This document shows, piece after piece, positions 13,053 to 24,650 of a stretch of DNA of 64,000 nucleotides. The notes beneath the pieces were generated by a model. The model was not told the DNA's origin. It saw only the letters and a program-made list of their open reading frames with translations, and searched no databases. Source of the stretch: Phoronis australis (lineage: Eukaryota > Animalia > Phoronida); NCBI GenBank assembly GCA_002633005.1, contig NMRA01000141.1, positions 169,858 to 233,857 on the forward strand, read 5' to 3'. A program made the position numbers and the translations under genes. Positions within the stretch are counted from its first letter, which is position 1, and each line of letters opens with the position of its first letter.

Positions 13053-14159
13053 CCGTCTCGCGGGGAGCATTTCGAATTCTTTAAAGGCGTTTCCATTACG
13101 TAGCACGAACGATAGATATTTATCGTGTTCGCCTCAAACTTGCATGGATTTCTCTTCAATTTAACCCACGTTTGACCACCTTTCTTTTCATCGCCGGAAT
13201 CATTCGACCCACCAGAGCCCGTTGGCGGCGTAACTGTTGGACACACACAGGCTGTGGTAGGGATAGGTTCAAGGGTAGAGGTAGGTCTAGGTTCTGGCTT
13301 GCCGGTTGGCTCGGGTTTAGGGGTACATGTAGGTCTAGGTTCAGGTTCAGGAGTTGTTGTTGGTTTAGGGGTCGGGTTGGATGTTGGTCCTGGGCTATAG
13401 GTAGGTCCGCTAGGTTCAGGTTCAGGAGTTGTTTTAGGTTTAGGGGTTGGGTTGGGTGTTGGCCCTGGGCTGTAGGTAGGTCCGCCAGGTTCAGGTTCAG
13501 GAGTTGTTTTAGGTTTAGGGGTTGGGTTGGATGTTGGTCCTGGGCTGTAGGTATGTCCGGTAGGTTCAGGTTCAGGAGTTGTTTTAGGTTTAGGGGTTGG
13601 GTTGGGCGTATAATCAGTGGTGTGGTGAAAGTTAGGAGGATATTCAGGGTAAGCACTTGGTTCAGGTTCGGGATTCCATCCAGCAGGGCGTGGCCAGCTG
13701 TCCGGCCATGGCAAGCTCTGTGATACGACTCTGCTCACAACGGAGACGTAAACCAGCAACAAGACCTAGAGAAGAACGGTAAAGAGATTAATCTTCAGCT
13801 AAGGCTACAGAACACCATAGAACGTCAACTTTATGACAACTCTACAAGCGGCATATTAATAAATATTTTACATTAGGGTAGGAGAAGTTCCTAACCAACT
13901 ACAAAAACTTCTTCTAACCCAGTCGCTTCTCACTTTAATCCCGCCACCGGCCAACAACCATTTTAGAGATGCATTTCCATGCTCCTAACTATGCAAATGT
14001 ATAGCAGGAACTAAACGACAATGTTATCCGAGTGTCATCAACGCTAAACATAATGCAGTTGTCTTTAATGACGACTCGTAAATGTGAAAACAAAAAATTC
14101 CACTAGAGGTGACCTTTGCACTAATGACGTACCTTGGGAGCTCTCATAACCCGCATCAT
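13053..14159 (-). CDS. Secreted Pro/Thr-rich (mucin/extensin-like) repeat protein; exons 14159-14133 and 13765-13053; 3' part uncertain
   Basis: MMRVMRAPK|gtacgt spliced in phase 0 to ttctctag|VLLLVYVSVVSRVVSQS gives a signal-peptide-like N-terminus. About 4 copies of a ~25-aa repeat (PNPTPKPKTTPEPEPxGPTYSPGPT) follow. The exon ends at a gtaaga donor or reads into TAA at 13049. Confidence 0.65.
13330..13610 (-). repeat. 75-bp coding tandem repeat, ~4 units
   Basis: ggttcaggttcaggagttgttttaggtttaggggttgggttg recurs about every 75 bp. Confidence 0.9.
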
Positions 14160-16914
14160 GTAGTGTTATTCCCCGACCCTAGGTCACGATACTTACTAGA
14201 CACATATGAGAGATTAACGGCGGATTATTTTCGATACAAAACTCGTTCTTAAAAACATTTGGCAATTTTTCAACCTACTTCATATTCACATATTCGCTAT
14301 ATGTTGTATTTCTAACTAATTTGACCAAGCAATCACAGTGATAAGGAATTAGCCTACAAGTTCCACTTTAAATTCAATACCTAGAGATTTTGGAAAAACG
14401 TATTATGTTTATTTATTGTACCGAAAATAATTCGTTATATTTGTAAGCGACATGCCAAAAAACAACAGAATTCAAGGTTACCGAGACATTGTAAGATAAA
14501 TTGCGGATTTGTTGACATCTTCATGAAGCAGTATGAGAGCAAATTACATTTCATTGCATATTAAGTTTTAGATATTTCTTAAGACAGTTGTATTTCATGT
14601 GTTGCTAATCAATGTTATGATGGTGAGAGCACTTACAATCTATACCCCGTTATCACCTAGCATACGCATGGTATTGCCAATGGTCAACTAGAAACCTCTC
14701 GAGGAGCGGAGACCGCCATGCGCCCCCTCCCAGACAGTGCAAGCATATGCTCAGACCCTAGGTCACTACTAGTGGATACTAGACAATGGACTGATATACA
14801 TTCCTCATTAAAGTTGGTGTAGTTTCGAGAATGGTGACTTTTCAATTTCAGATGGTTTTAAATTGTCGTATGACGTATAGTCTCACAGAAGGTACCCTTC
14901 GAACCATAGGATCCTCTTTGTTGCACTGGATAAGCAGGTTTCAGCTGAATAATGTTTTCATTTTGCAGATAAGAGGACGTATTTACTTGGCTCAGACAAC
15001 ACAGGCAGACTTGCATTTCTTTAATGAACTTGTTCATCGTTTTACCTTCCGAGTCGTGACAGCCTGCGGGCGGAGTGTCGTACATACGAAGACAAAATCT
15101 TACTCCTTCTCATGAAAAGACTTGTCGACCTACTTCGATTTTTTGAATGCGACTTTTGGACAGAGGCTTGCAACGCTGTCGCCCAAAATGCAGTGTCGAA
15201 ACACTAGTCTGTACATTACACTTTGTCGTATACGAAAGCGAATGAGAAAAATCCGAATTAGGCCTAGTAAATTGGACCTTATTGGGCGAAAGAGGTAAAC
15301 GTTTTACAATGACGACTAGCACAAAGACCAACATGAAAACATGTAAAAACTTTCGTCGAGCACGATCATCACTCACTGATTTGGTTGACTTCATCGTCAC
15401 AGCTCTTCTCGACAAATGTCTTAGTAAGCAACTGGTCTATCGCACTTTTATAAACTCGGTGACGTGATCTATGGCAGGGAGTGTAAATCAAAAAGAATGG
15501 GTGAAACGTGACTTGCGCAATGACACGTGCTTATATCCCGTTCACATGACAACATACACCCAATTTACACGACGGGCGCGAGTAGACACGGGGCAAATGT
15601 CCACGTTGTAGGAAAAAAATAGGGATAGTACGCTTGATATTTTCAACTCGTAGGCTGCCGGTTCAAACATAGTGGTTTCAAGGCAGAAGCGTGAATACCG
15701 ATCATCTTACGACATGCTATACTTGTTTCGGAGGCCAACAATACGTGCCACTAAAATAGTTGGCGATTTCATGGTCAGGTCCCCTATAACTAGACGACTT
15801 TTTCGATTAAAATACCCACGAATTAGTGTTATCTTATAGATTTAGGAATTCTACAGAAGGGTCTATAAGTTTGCAACAAAACTCTTTGCAATGGTTCTAT
15901 ACATTCTGTTGAGTTAAAAGCTACAATTTTAAGCGCTATTTTTGTTTTAATTCACAGATTACCATTTTGTTGAGTATTACTGCTATGGGTAAAGCATCGA
16001 CGAAAGCGTGATTTTGTCACAGAAGCTCCCAATCTTCATTTCAATATGATAACTCTCTTAAAGGTTGGGATTTCATTTCGGCAATCTCTTTAATATCCCT
16101 GGCATACTCTCCTAGTGGCATGACATCTTGGCTATCAAAACTACAGTCGAGTACCTCCTAGATTCAATCCTGTAACCCCCTTTCGTTTGTATCATTTTTA
16201 AACATCCCGTCTAAATTTTATACTTTTCAATGTTTTCTAAATTTTACCCGGAAGTAGTGCCATATTTTGATTTTTAGCTGGCGTTTGGAGTCTAGTTCAT
16301 TGCTCAAATACCTGCTGGTAACTTGCAAAATCTACAGCGTGTCCAAAAACTGTTCTCACACTTCAAATGACAATAACTGCGTTGTTTATTGGATTAGGAA
16401 CAAGATTATCGACAGAAATTTAAACAGTGGTGATCAAAAAAGGAAACAGGTCTTCATACCAAAATAAATACATTGTTTATTGACTTGAAAAGAAGATTAA
16501 TTGACTTTGCATAACCTTGGCATTTTTGAGACTAAACGGCGCGAAATGCAGCTATAAAGTTTCTTCCTGTAACTGATTGTTTGCCATGTACCAATACATA
16601 CAGAGCACGTAGCGGCTCACGCCGGCGCCTGCCCTCACAACAAGGTGTACCGGCATAGATCAATGTGTAACTTTACAATAAGCCTGTGAGCAGAGTCTGG
16701 TCCACGGAAACTGAATTTGAACTCCCAGCATTGGACAAGCTGGCTGCAACAGACGGTGGCCAACCTATAGACCTAATGGGGCAATTCGGAGAATTCTCCT
16801 AACGCGGTGTCGCTGCTGTACTAGTGGTGATTGAATTGCGCATGCGTCGCTGTCTGCATGTAAACAGGTGGTAAAAAGACGGAATTGTTGTCAAAATACG
16901 TCGTCGCGCTAAGC

Positions 16915-17850
16915 CTTATTATTGCTATTTTCCCTGTACTGGTGCAAGTCTTCGACAGATGGTAAAAAATTTCCAAAAGACCTCAGGATACTACATTTGT
17001 GGAGAATAGCGGTCAAAAGGGTCAACCAACTGGAAAAAAATGTGTGGATGCGGAAGCCCCGTCATTGTGTGCTCTATGCATTTCCATTGGGAGACTACAT
17101 ATAACATTACTTGGTGAGTTTTTAGCAGTCTGTTTCTATCGCCATCGTTCGGTGATGTTATACCCACCAGTTACCCCACTGAATAACGGGTTTATTGAGT
17201 GGAGCTAAGGGTTTAGGAAACTCACCCGGGACTCGGATGCCAGGTAGGCTAGCAGCACATATTCATATAGTCCTGGGTGGGAGTGCGCCCAATATAAGAG
17301 GTGTATGGTACGTGACTCTCAGATGTCAAGGATAACTTTTTCACAGCAGCTTCTCTTCAAAACTATGCCGTGTCCAATAGAATTCTCTAGATGAGTGGGT
17401 TTCCTTATTTTATAGCACACCCCACCCCCAGGACTACCAGATTAGTTACCGAATTAACATGAATAAGCCTTAATTCAGTAAATGTCGTACCATTGCATTG
17501 GAATAAAAATTGACACCTAGAATGAATTTTACTTGTTGAGATTAGAAGCACATTTTAAGTGTCATGAAAAATACACATTGTTAAATCACTTTTAGCCTTT
17601 TTCACATATTTTAATTCAGATATTAAGTAAGACTTGAGTACAAAGGTTATTAGTTTCTACACATAAACATGAGGATGAAACGTCAAGTTTGTTCTGCCTT
17701 ACAAAAGTAGTTTTGTCTTGTGTTTTCTTTTACAATTTGCTAATATTTCTCCGACTATTCTGTTACAGGTGAGAGAAAACTGAAGCCAACCGCCCGAACG
17801 TCTATTTTACCTTTGGACAAAGTGAAAAGCAATCCTTCAGCAATAACCTG
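16915..17850 (+). pseudogene. Spliced THAP-domain relic (exons ~16915-17112 and ~17769-17850)
   Basis: KFPKD...LW..AVKR...W, then a frameshifted VCSMHF. Donor g|gtgagt; acceptor ttacag| followed by GERKLKPTA.TSI, which resembles the THAP end motif. No DDE domain seen. Confidence 0.65.
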
Positions 17851-18559
17851 AGAGAATTGAACGTAATTCAGAAATTCAGCACTTGATATGCCTGATTATG
17901 GACACCGTCGCAATGTTGCTTCTTTGTATGTATGTGCTTTTTAGTTTGCCATTTTGTTTTTAAATACACTGATAATTGTTTATTCTCGAATCTTGTGCAT
18001 AGCAGATTCTTATCCAGCTAGCTACAATTGAAAACATACTTTTCTTGCATGTGGAACTTTTGTTCATAGACAAGTTAACACAAACCTTAAAATTGTTCAA
18101 AGGCCTTCTTAAGAAAGCTCTAAACATAATTACACACACAAACAAACCAAATGCAAACAAAGGGAATACTTCATTTTGATCGCTGCACATTTCTATAGGT
18201 CAATGAAAATGACAATTCGCAAGCGTATTCGGCAATCATTTCAGCTTTATAAAGAATAAGCACAACTGCACTATGGGGCGTTAAAACTGAAGAAACATTG
18301 TAGTTTCAATAATTAGTGACAAAATTGCCTGTTGATTAAAAATTTATTCGATGATCAAAGTGTAACATTAACGGGCTTTGTACTGACAATAAGACAATCG
18401 ATGCAGTCACTGAATGTCATTTCCTCATAATGTGTTCCAAATTGAAAAGTTTTTACCATTAGTATAAAGCCTTTCTTCTTAAAGGAAAAGATAATGTCAC
18501 TCAGTGAGAAAGGAAAGGCATTTATACCAGAAGATTTTGGTTTTCATTTCGCTGGGATC

Positions 18560-20580
18560 TAGTTTCAATGGCCTATAGAAGCTCTTGTAAAAAGGTCCAG
18601 TTTCGAAACGTGGCTTTCTTTCATGTAACCTCATTCAGCCTCAATAACATCCACAATTAGACCCTTGAAGGTAAACACAACAGCATATCATTTTAATCGT
18701 TTTGAGCCCAAAATCGGACCCTAAACTAGGGTTTTTCTTTAGCTTCATTCCCTCATGTTTCTTCCAGGAAAGGAAATAAGCTGTTGTCCACACATGACTC
18801 ATTGCCTGTGAAAGGGCATCCTCACCAACAAGGCCTACTTGTGAAGCAGTCAGATACAGTTCCTCTGAATACACAGACAGTCCACTGGCACATTGTCTTA
18901 TGGTAACTTAGTACTGCGAATCACATTTCTCCAGAGCCACTGACTTGTACGTTGTGCCATGCAGCACTGCTGGTGTGTGGAAGTGCTGTGGGAAGAGAAC
19001 GGAGTAACAAAGCTTGTCTATGATACAGCTTGAAGTGGCCTTAAAATGTCACTGAAACTGGAACAAATATTGAAATATGAATAATTAAGTACTCCAGATT
19101 GGGTCAAAAATGCTATTCCTGTTACTCAAAAATATATGGTGACTGCTCTACAGTTTCACATAAAATTAAATAATTAATCAGAAACCAAGGGTGTATGTAA
19201 TAAGTTTTGCATAAAACTGTCATTATTTTTCATTCGTAGCCATAACAATTCTTTAAACGCATCACATGTCTGCAAAATATGCAAGTTTTTTGAGACAACT
19301 TCAAACCTTTGTTACCCATTTTGAAGCCTTTTTAATTTTGATACTTTCAGCAATTTAAAACCCCGATTACAGATTCATTGGCCTGTCAAGCATACTTCTA
19401 GTCTAAGGCTCAGGGAACCATTTCTCAGACTTTTAATTTTTCTTCTAATGGAAGATATGAAGACTTGGGTCATTTAAAAATGATGGATAATCTTTCTTTT
19501 GTTTAAGACTAACTACAAATCGTAAGGCACCATCAAAAGTGCAATTTTCACAAAAATGGCAGTTTGAATTTAAAACGGCTTGCAACATTTTAAGGCATAA
19601 GGTAAAACTATTCAGTCACTGTGAATTCAGAAAATGTAATATATTTTCATGGGTTTACAAATGATAGCAAAACAGTTTCATGAAATAAACTTGAAGGGAC
19701 TTCATGAAGGTTAAGAATTACCTCACCATGCTCTTTCCCCCAAACATGTATTACCTGTTATTTCCACACATTCAGTTGTACCAAATATTACAACCCCAAC
19801 CCCCTATGCCAATCCCCTGCTAGGACCTGAATAAGTTAATTAACAAAATGACTTACATACCTTTCTTTAAAAATAGCTGTTCCTTTTCAAAGGCTTCGTT
19901 CGTTGTCTCCAATATTGAAAGTAGGCTTTGACAACAGATCTGCACTGGATGGGAAGATCTTGCTGGTTAGCTGCAGTCAAATGCTTAAAACCAGTTTTTG
20001 TCCATTCAGGGACGGTGCAGAATCGATGCATATCTCCTCTGCACGGTACAAGACCTAAAAACCAAAGGTTACGTGAAAACAGACCTGATAGATTTCCAGA
20101 AGACATATGATAGGGAGTAAACAAATAGTCTAATGGATATTTGTCGCGTACCCTTTACCATTGGGCTTGGATTGTAATCTTAACTCATAACCTATATCGA
20201 GTTGACAGCAAAAACATTCAGCATTGATTGATGTAACTGTCACTGATAAACCTGTCAGAAATGATTCCAAACAATAATAATGCTTTGATGTACGAAAAGT
20301 TCCCGAGTGCTACGTCAAGTATCGTAACACGTCACAACAAACAAAGATTAACCCGACTGGCGACTGCCGCGAAGTCGACATCGGCGAGTACCTCAGTTAA
20401 CAGGCATCCGTAGAATAATCATGTAATAATCGTTAAAATAATCACAAACCTTACTTTTGTATAAGGTCGTGCTTGCTTCCTCTCATAGAAGCACCCTTTT
20501 CACGCAATCTCAGATTCAGTTGGCACGGCTGCAAGCCATTTCACCATGTATTTAATGGGCTCGCGAAATCGAGGCTCATA
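18560..20580 (-). pseudogene. SAP domain + YqaJ/lambda-exonuclease-like nuclease relic, 3 exons
   Basis: Exon 1: LQPCQLNLRLREKGASMRGSKHDLIQK (SAP-like). Last exon: HFHTPAVLHG...SGLSV...YLTASQVGLVGED (cf. LGASPDGLV) and VVFTFKGLIVDVI...VSKLDLF. Stops and frameshifts present. Confidence 0.7.
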
Positions 20581-21127
20581 ATCTTTCACCACTAGTACAC
20601 GCGCGCCCTCTAGTTATTGTAGATTTTCCGAATAGCTCTGTTCACGCGGCGGACAATAAAATCCAAAACGAGGTTCATTACGATAATCAAAGCGTAAGTT
20701 GACATTGCGTGAGTTAAATGGCCGGTCTTTCGAGGCCAACCTGGATATTAAATCTTAAAAATATATCAATCATTAACCACAGAGGCGTAGAAAAAATACA
20801 TTAGAGAACATGTCAATGAACCAAAGAGTTTTTTTTTCTGAAAACCAGGTTCGAAACATGAACAGTAAATATGATCAAATTGCGACGATCGTGGTGTTAC
20901 GGATTAGGCATTATGCTGAATACAGGGTTACGTTTCTTCTAGTAAATTGGTCATCTGCTCGTATTTTTGGAGATGAAGATATATTCGGCAGTGGTGGCTC
21001 ATCGCATTTTGCTGTCATGTGCAATTAGTCTAATCTGGTTGATCAAGAATATTAGCAGCATAATGGCATCTGGTTAGGTAGGAACTACCGGGACTCAAAG
21101 TTGATTTGTCATTGATCTGAAAGAATA

Positions 21128-21996
21128 AATATAGATTATTACATGGAGAAGTCGTTATCCCCCGTTATCTAGAGCCCGAGTGGATTTTGGAGAATTATCG
21201 CCCGAGGGCGTTAGCCCCGAGGGTGATAATTCTTCAAAATCCACGAGGGCTCTAGATAACGAGGGGTAACGACTGAGAACATGCAATAATCTATTTATAC
21301 CGCATACTAAACGAGAAACATTGCACTGAATCGATTTACCTTTTCTGACTCTCCACGGCTTTGTAACTACTTTCTATCTCAGAGGCCAGGGTCGGAGGTC
21401 GTGGTCTTTTAAGAAAAATCGGGCTATTTTTGTCAAATAATGCTTTTACTCAAAACCAATTGAAAACTTGTATAATAGAAATAAATTGAATTTATAAATT
21501 AAGGTTTACCAACTATTATAGCTTAAAACACGTTTTTTTCACGCTAAGCTTCGACCGGGAAATTATCGTCTGCTAAAGTAGGTTACCACTGGTAACTGAA
21601 TATAATTCTTAAGTCAAAGAACCTGACGACACGATACCCGCACTCAAACTGGAGATCGGTGATTTACCAGTAAGAGGATATGAGAGAAAAATTTCACTGA
21701 ATTAGGATATCATTTTTATGGAAATTATGTGTCTTATTTTTCGTAGCCTATAAGTACAGTACAATGCGGTTTGTTGAACATGGGATTATTGCGCGTGCTC
21801 ATTTAAGTATTCTATTTTAACTCTTGATGACGTCAGTCGCTGCATGGTGTAGTGGTAAAGTCGGCGACCAGCAATTCCAGGGTCTCGGGTTCGACTCCGT
21901 CATCGGTTTCCCGCCAAATCGTTATCTCACTAGTGAGATAACTTTATGGGTTATTACACGGTTGTATCTGCCATTTGACGCTAATATTGTGGTATA
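21128..21996 (+). mobile_element. Non-autonomous element with a ~170-bp terminal hairpin and internal tRNA-like cassette, copy 1 (Crypton-like by inference)
   Basis: Palindrome atagattattacatg...cgagggcgttagccccgag...catgcaataatctat. Body is shared with 23331-24093. End attgtggtataa is inverted relative to ttataccgcat at ~21294. Confidence 0.7.
21836..21908 (+). pseudogene. tRNA-like Pol III cassette inside the hairpin element
   Basis: A box tggtgtagtggt and B box gggttcgactcc; acceptor and anticodon stems do not pair well. Confidence 0.6.
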
Positions 21997-22199
21997 ATTG
22001 ATGTTATTAAATTTATATATTCATTATGACAAAAAACCAGGCTCGTAATTGAAAATAAAATTTGTTTGACCATCCATTCCATGTGATAGGTTTCAAATAT
22101 CAATCTGGACCAAGTTGAATTTTAAACTTAAAACACCTAATTCTTTCGTTCAAAGCATATCTCGTTTTAGAGCTCAATTTCAGTTAACTGAACAGAACA

Positions 22200-22371
22200 C
22201 AGTGGCGGATTTAGAGGGGGGCCAAGGGGGCGTCATGACCCCTCTCCCCTAAAATTCTCCCACCGCTGATTCCATTTGGCACTGAGTTCAGGAGCGCGAA
22301 TGTCTGACGGGAAAAATCCTGGCTAATACTCTGCCCTACCCCCCAACTCAATAATCCTGGATCCGCCCCTG
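22200..22371. mobile_element. MITE with 5-bp TSD
   Basis: cagtggcggattt...gatccgcccctg; GAACA on both sides. Confidence 0.8.
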
Positions 22372-22944
22372 GAACAAGCATAGTTATCATGTTTCTCCAG
22401 GGGCCTCGTTCATTCAACTGAGGGGCAAAGTGCCTGTGCTTCGGAGAGGGGAATTTTTGTCGCCGAGTGAGGTGAGAAATCTACTGGCACCCCCGCCCTG
22501 TTGTAAGCTTTCATAGGCTCTGTCTCAATTAGCATTTTGTGCTTTTTCAAATTGTCACCTGTGTGGTTACAGCCGGGTGATTTGAACTTCGGAGATCACT
22601 AGCCGGGGCTAGTGGGGGAAATTTCGCGTGATTTTTCAATGTTTTGAGAGGGGAATACTGCCGATCTTCGGCCCCAAAATCTGGGGATTGAGGGCCCTGT
22701 CCTTTTTGGAAAGAAAAATGCATCGTGTTTCAACCCGTAGTCATAAAAACACAGCCTGGCTGGCCGAAGAGTCACCGGCCCGGTTGTTCAGTTGCTATGA
22801 TGCTCGGCAACCGCCAGATGTGGCAAAATATGATCTGACTTATCGAAAACATTTATGAATTTTACACGGACATATTTTTCTTCGTCGCGGTGTATGGCAA
22901 CGACCCAACGCTTCCGAATCTCAACGTCGTTAGGGATTATAAAA

Positions 22945-23330
22945 CAGTGGCGGATCTAGGATATCACAAGGGGGGGCCAACATTTTGTCTGTAAGCATTT
23001 GCGCAAACCACGATTGTAGATGCGCATAGCACCGAATGGCGGGAGGTTTGGAGGGGGGTTTGCCCCCCCTCCCGCCCAGGAAATTTTTCTGTTTTTTCCT
23101 CTAAAAATTTTCCTTGATTCCTGAGGTTTTATCCAAGAAAAAAAGTGCAAAAAAAAAAACACTGAGAACGTGTCAAAAAGGAAAAAGGGCAAACACCACA
23201 GACTCGAACTCACGACCTGACGGATAGAGCGCGCGTGCTTTACCACTACACCACCACGACTTAACTGATACTAAGAGACCTACTTGTTTATGGTCCACAG
23301 CGTTTGCGCGCGAAACCTACTTCTTTTTGT
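22945..23330. mobile_element. MITE (CAGTGGCGGATCTAGG end), interrupted by the hairpin element; contains a minus-strand tRNA-like motif
   Basis: Colinear with 63560-63898 until tttttgtaa, where the hairpin element begins. Confidence 0.7.
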
Positions 23331-24246
23331 AAATATAGATTATTACATGGCGTAGTCGTTATCCCCCGTTATCTAGAGCCCGAGTGGATTTTGGAAAATT
23401 ATTGCCCGAGAGGCGTTAGTACCGAGGGTGATAATTCTCCTTTCTCGACTCGCCTCGGCTTTGTAACTACTTTCTATGTCAGAGGCCTGGGGTCGGAGGT
23501 CGTGACCTTTTAAGAAAAGCCGAGCTATTTTTGTCAAATAATGCTTATACTCAAAACCAATTAAAAATTTAAACAAAATACAAATAATTTGAATCTATAA
23601 ATTAAGGTTTAGCAACTATTATAGCTTAAAACACGTTTTTTTTCACGCTAAGCTTCGACCGAGAAATTATCGTCTGCTAAAGTAGGTTACCACTAGCAAC
23701 TGACTATAATGCTCAAGTCAAAGGATCCCGACGACACGATACCCGCATTCAAATTGGAGATCCGTGATTTATAAGTGAGAGAACACGAGAAAAAAATTCA
23801 CTGAATTAAAAGATCGTTTTCATGGAAGTTATGCATCTTATTTTTAATAGCGTATAAATGTCGGTGCAATGTCCTTTTCTGAACATGCGATTGTTGCGCG
23901 TGCTCATTTAAGTTTTCACGTCCGATGACGTCAGCCGCTAAGTGGTGTAGTGGTAAAGTCGGCGACTCGAAACTCTTGGGCCCGGGTTCGAATCCAGCCT
24001 CGGTTTCCCGCCAAAATGTTATCTCACTAGTGAGATAACTTTATGGGTTATTACACGGTTGTATCTGCCATTCGAGGCTAATATTGTGGTATAAATATAG
24101 ATTATTACATGGCGAAGTCGAAATCCCCCGTTATCTAGAGCCCGAGTAGATTTTGGGGAATTATCACCTGAGGGGCGTTAGCCCCGAGGGTGATAATTCT
24201 ACAAAATCCACGAGGGCTCTAGATAAGGGGGATAACGACTGAGAAC
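23331..24246 (+). mobile_element. Hairpin/tRNA-like element copy 2, followed head-to-tail by the hairpin of a third unit (from ~24092)
   Basis: High similarity to 21128-21996. tRNA-like cassette at ~23934-24004 (tggtgtagtggt, ggttcgaatcc). Junction ...ggtat-aaatatagattattac. Confidence 0.7.
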
Positions 24247-24650
24247 TTCTATTGACAGTCATTGATTCCGGGACACCCTCTCTGACCCTACCCAGCTTGA
24301 GGTTACAGGTGACTCATTAACTGCTTGTCAAGCCGGGATCTACCCTAGCCCAGATTCTCTTGAACGCTCATCAATCACACGCCTTATTGTGTCGATAAAC
24401 ATTTATTGCGAACTTACTCGCTGAGGGCGTCTTAACTTGAATTCGAGCTGCGCACAGTTGGGCGCATACGTAATATTTAATTATAGATATGTTACGTGTC
24501 TAAGCACACCCAGTTGTAAGTTTTCACCTGGCCAAAAATGTCACCAAAGTCACGTTTCATATCCAGGATTTTCCACAGATAGGCTGAAATTTTTAGAGGA
24601 AATTGAGGAGTTTATTGACAATCCAGAAACACGAAATGTGTCATTTTAAG

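Larger units (their letters stand above)
16778..20639. mobile_element. Decayed, internally deleted ISL2EU-like DNA transposon (convergent THAP and SAP/YqaJ genes)
   Basis: Degenerate ~55-bp TIRs: ggggcaattcggagaattct...tgtactagtggtga versus tcaccactagtaca...agattttccgaatagctct. Flanks AT/GT. The two relic genes listed next lie inside. Confidence 0.7.

Noticed and set aside
13172-13723. 183-aa Arg/Phe/Trp-rich ORF (+) and 166-aa LNLN ORF (-)
   Set aside because: Shadow frames of the Pro/Thr repeat exon.
21836-24004. Possible genuine tRNA genes
   Set aside because: A and B boxes are present but the stems do not pair, the two copies disagree at the anticodon, and both lie inside a repeat.
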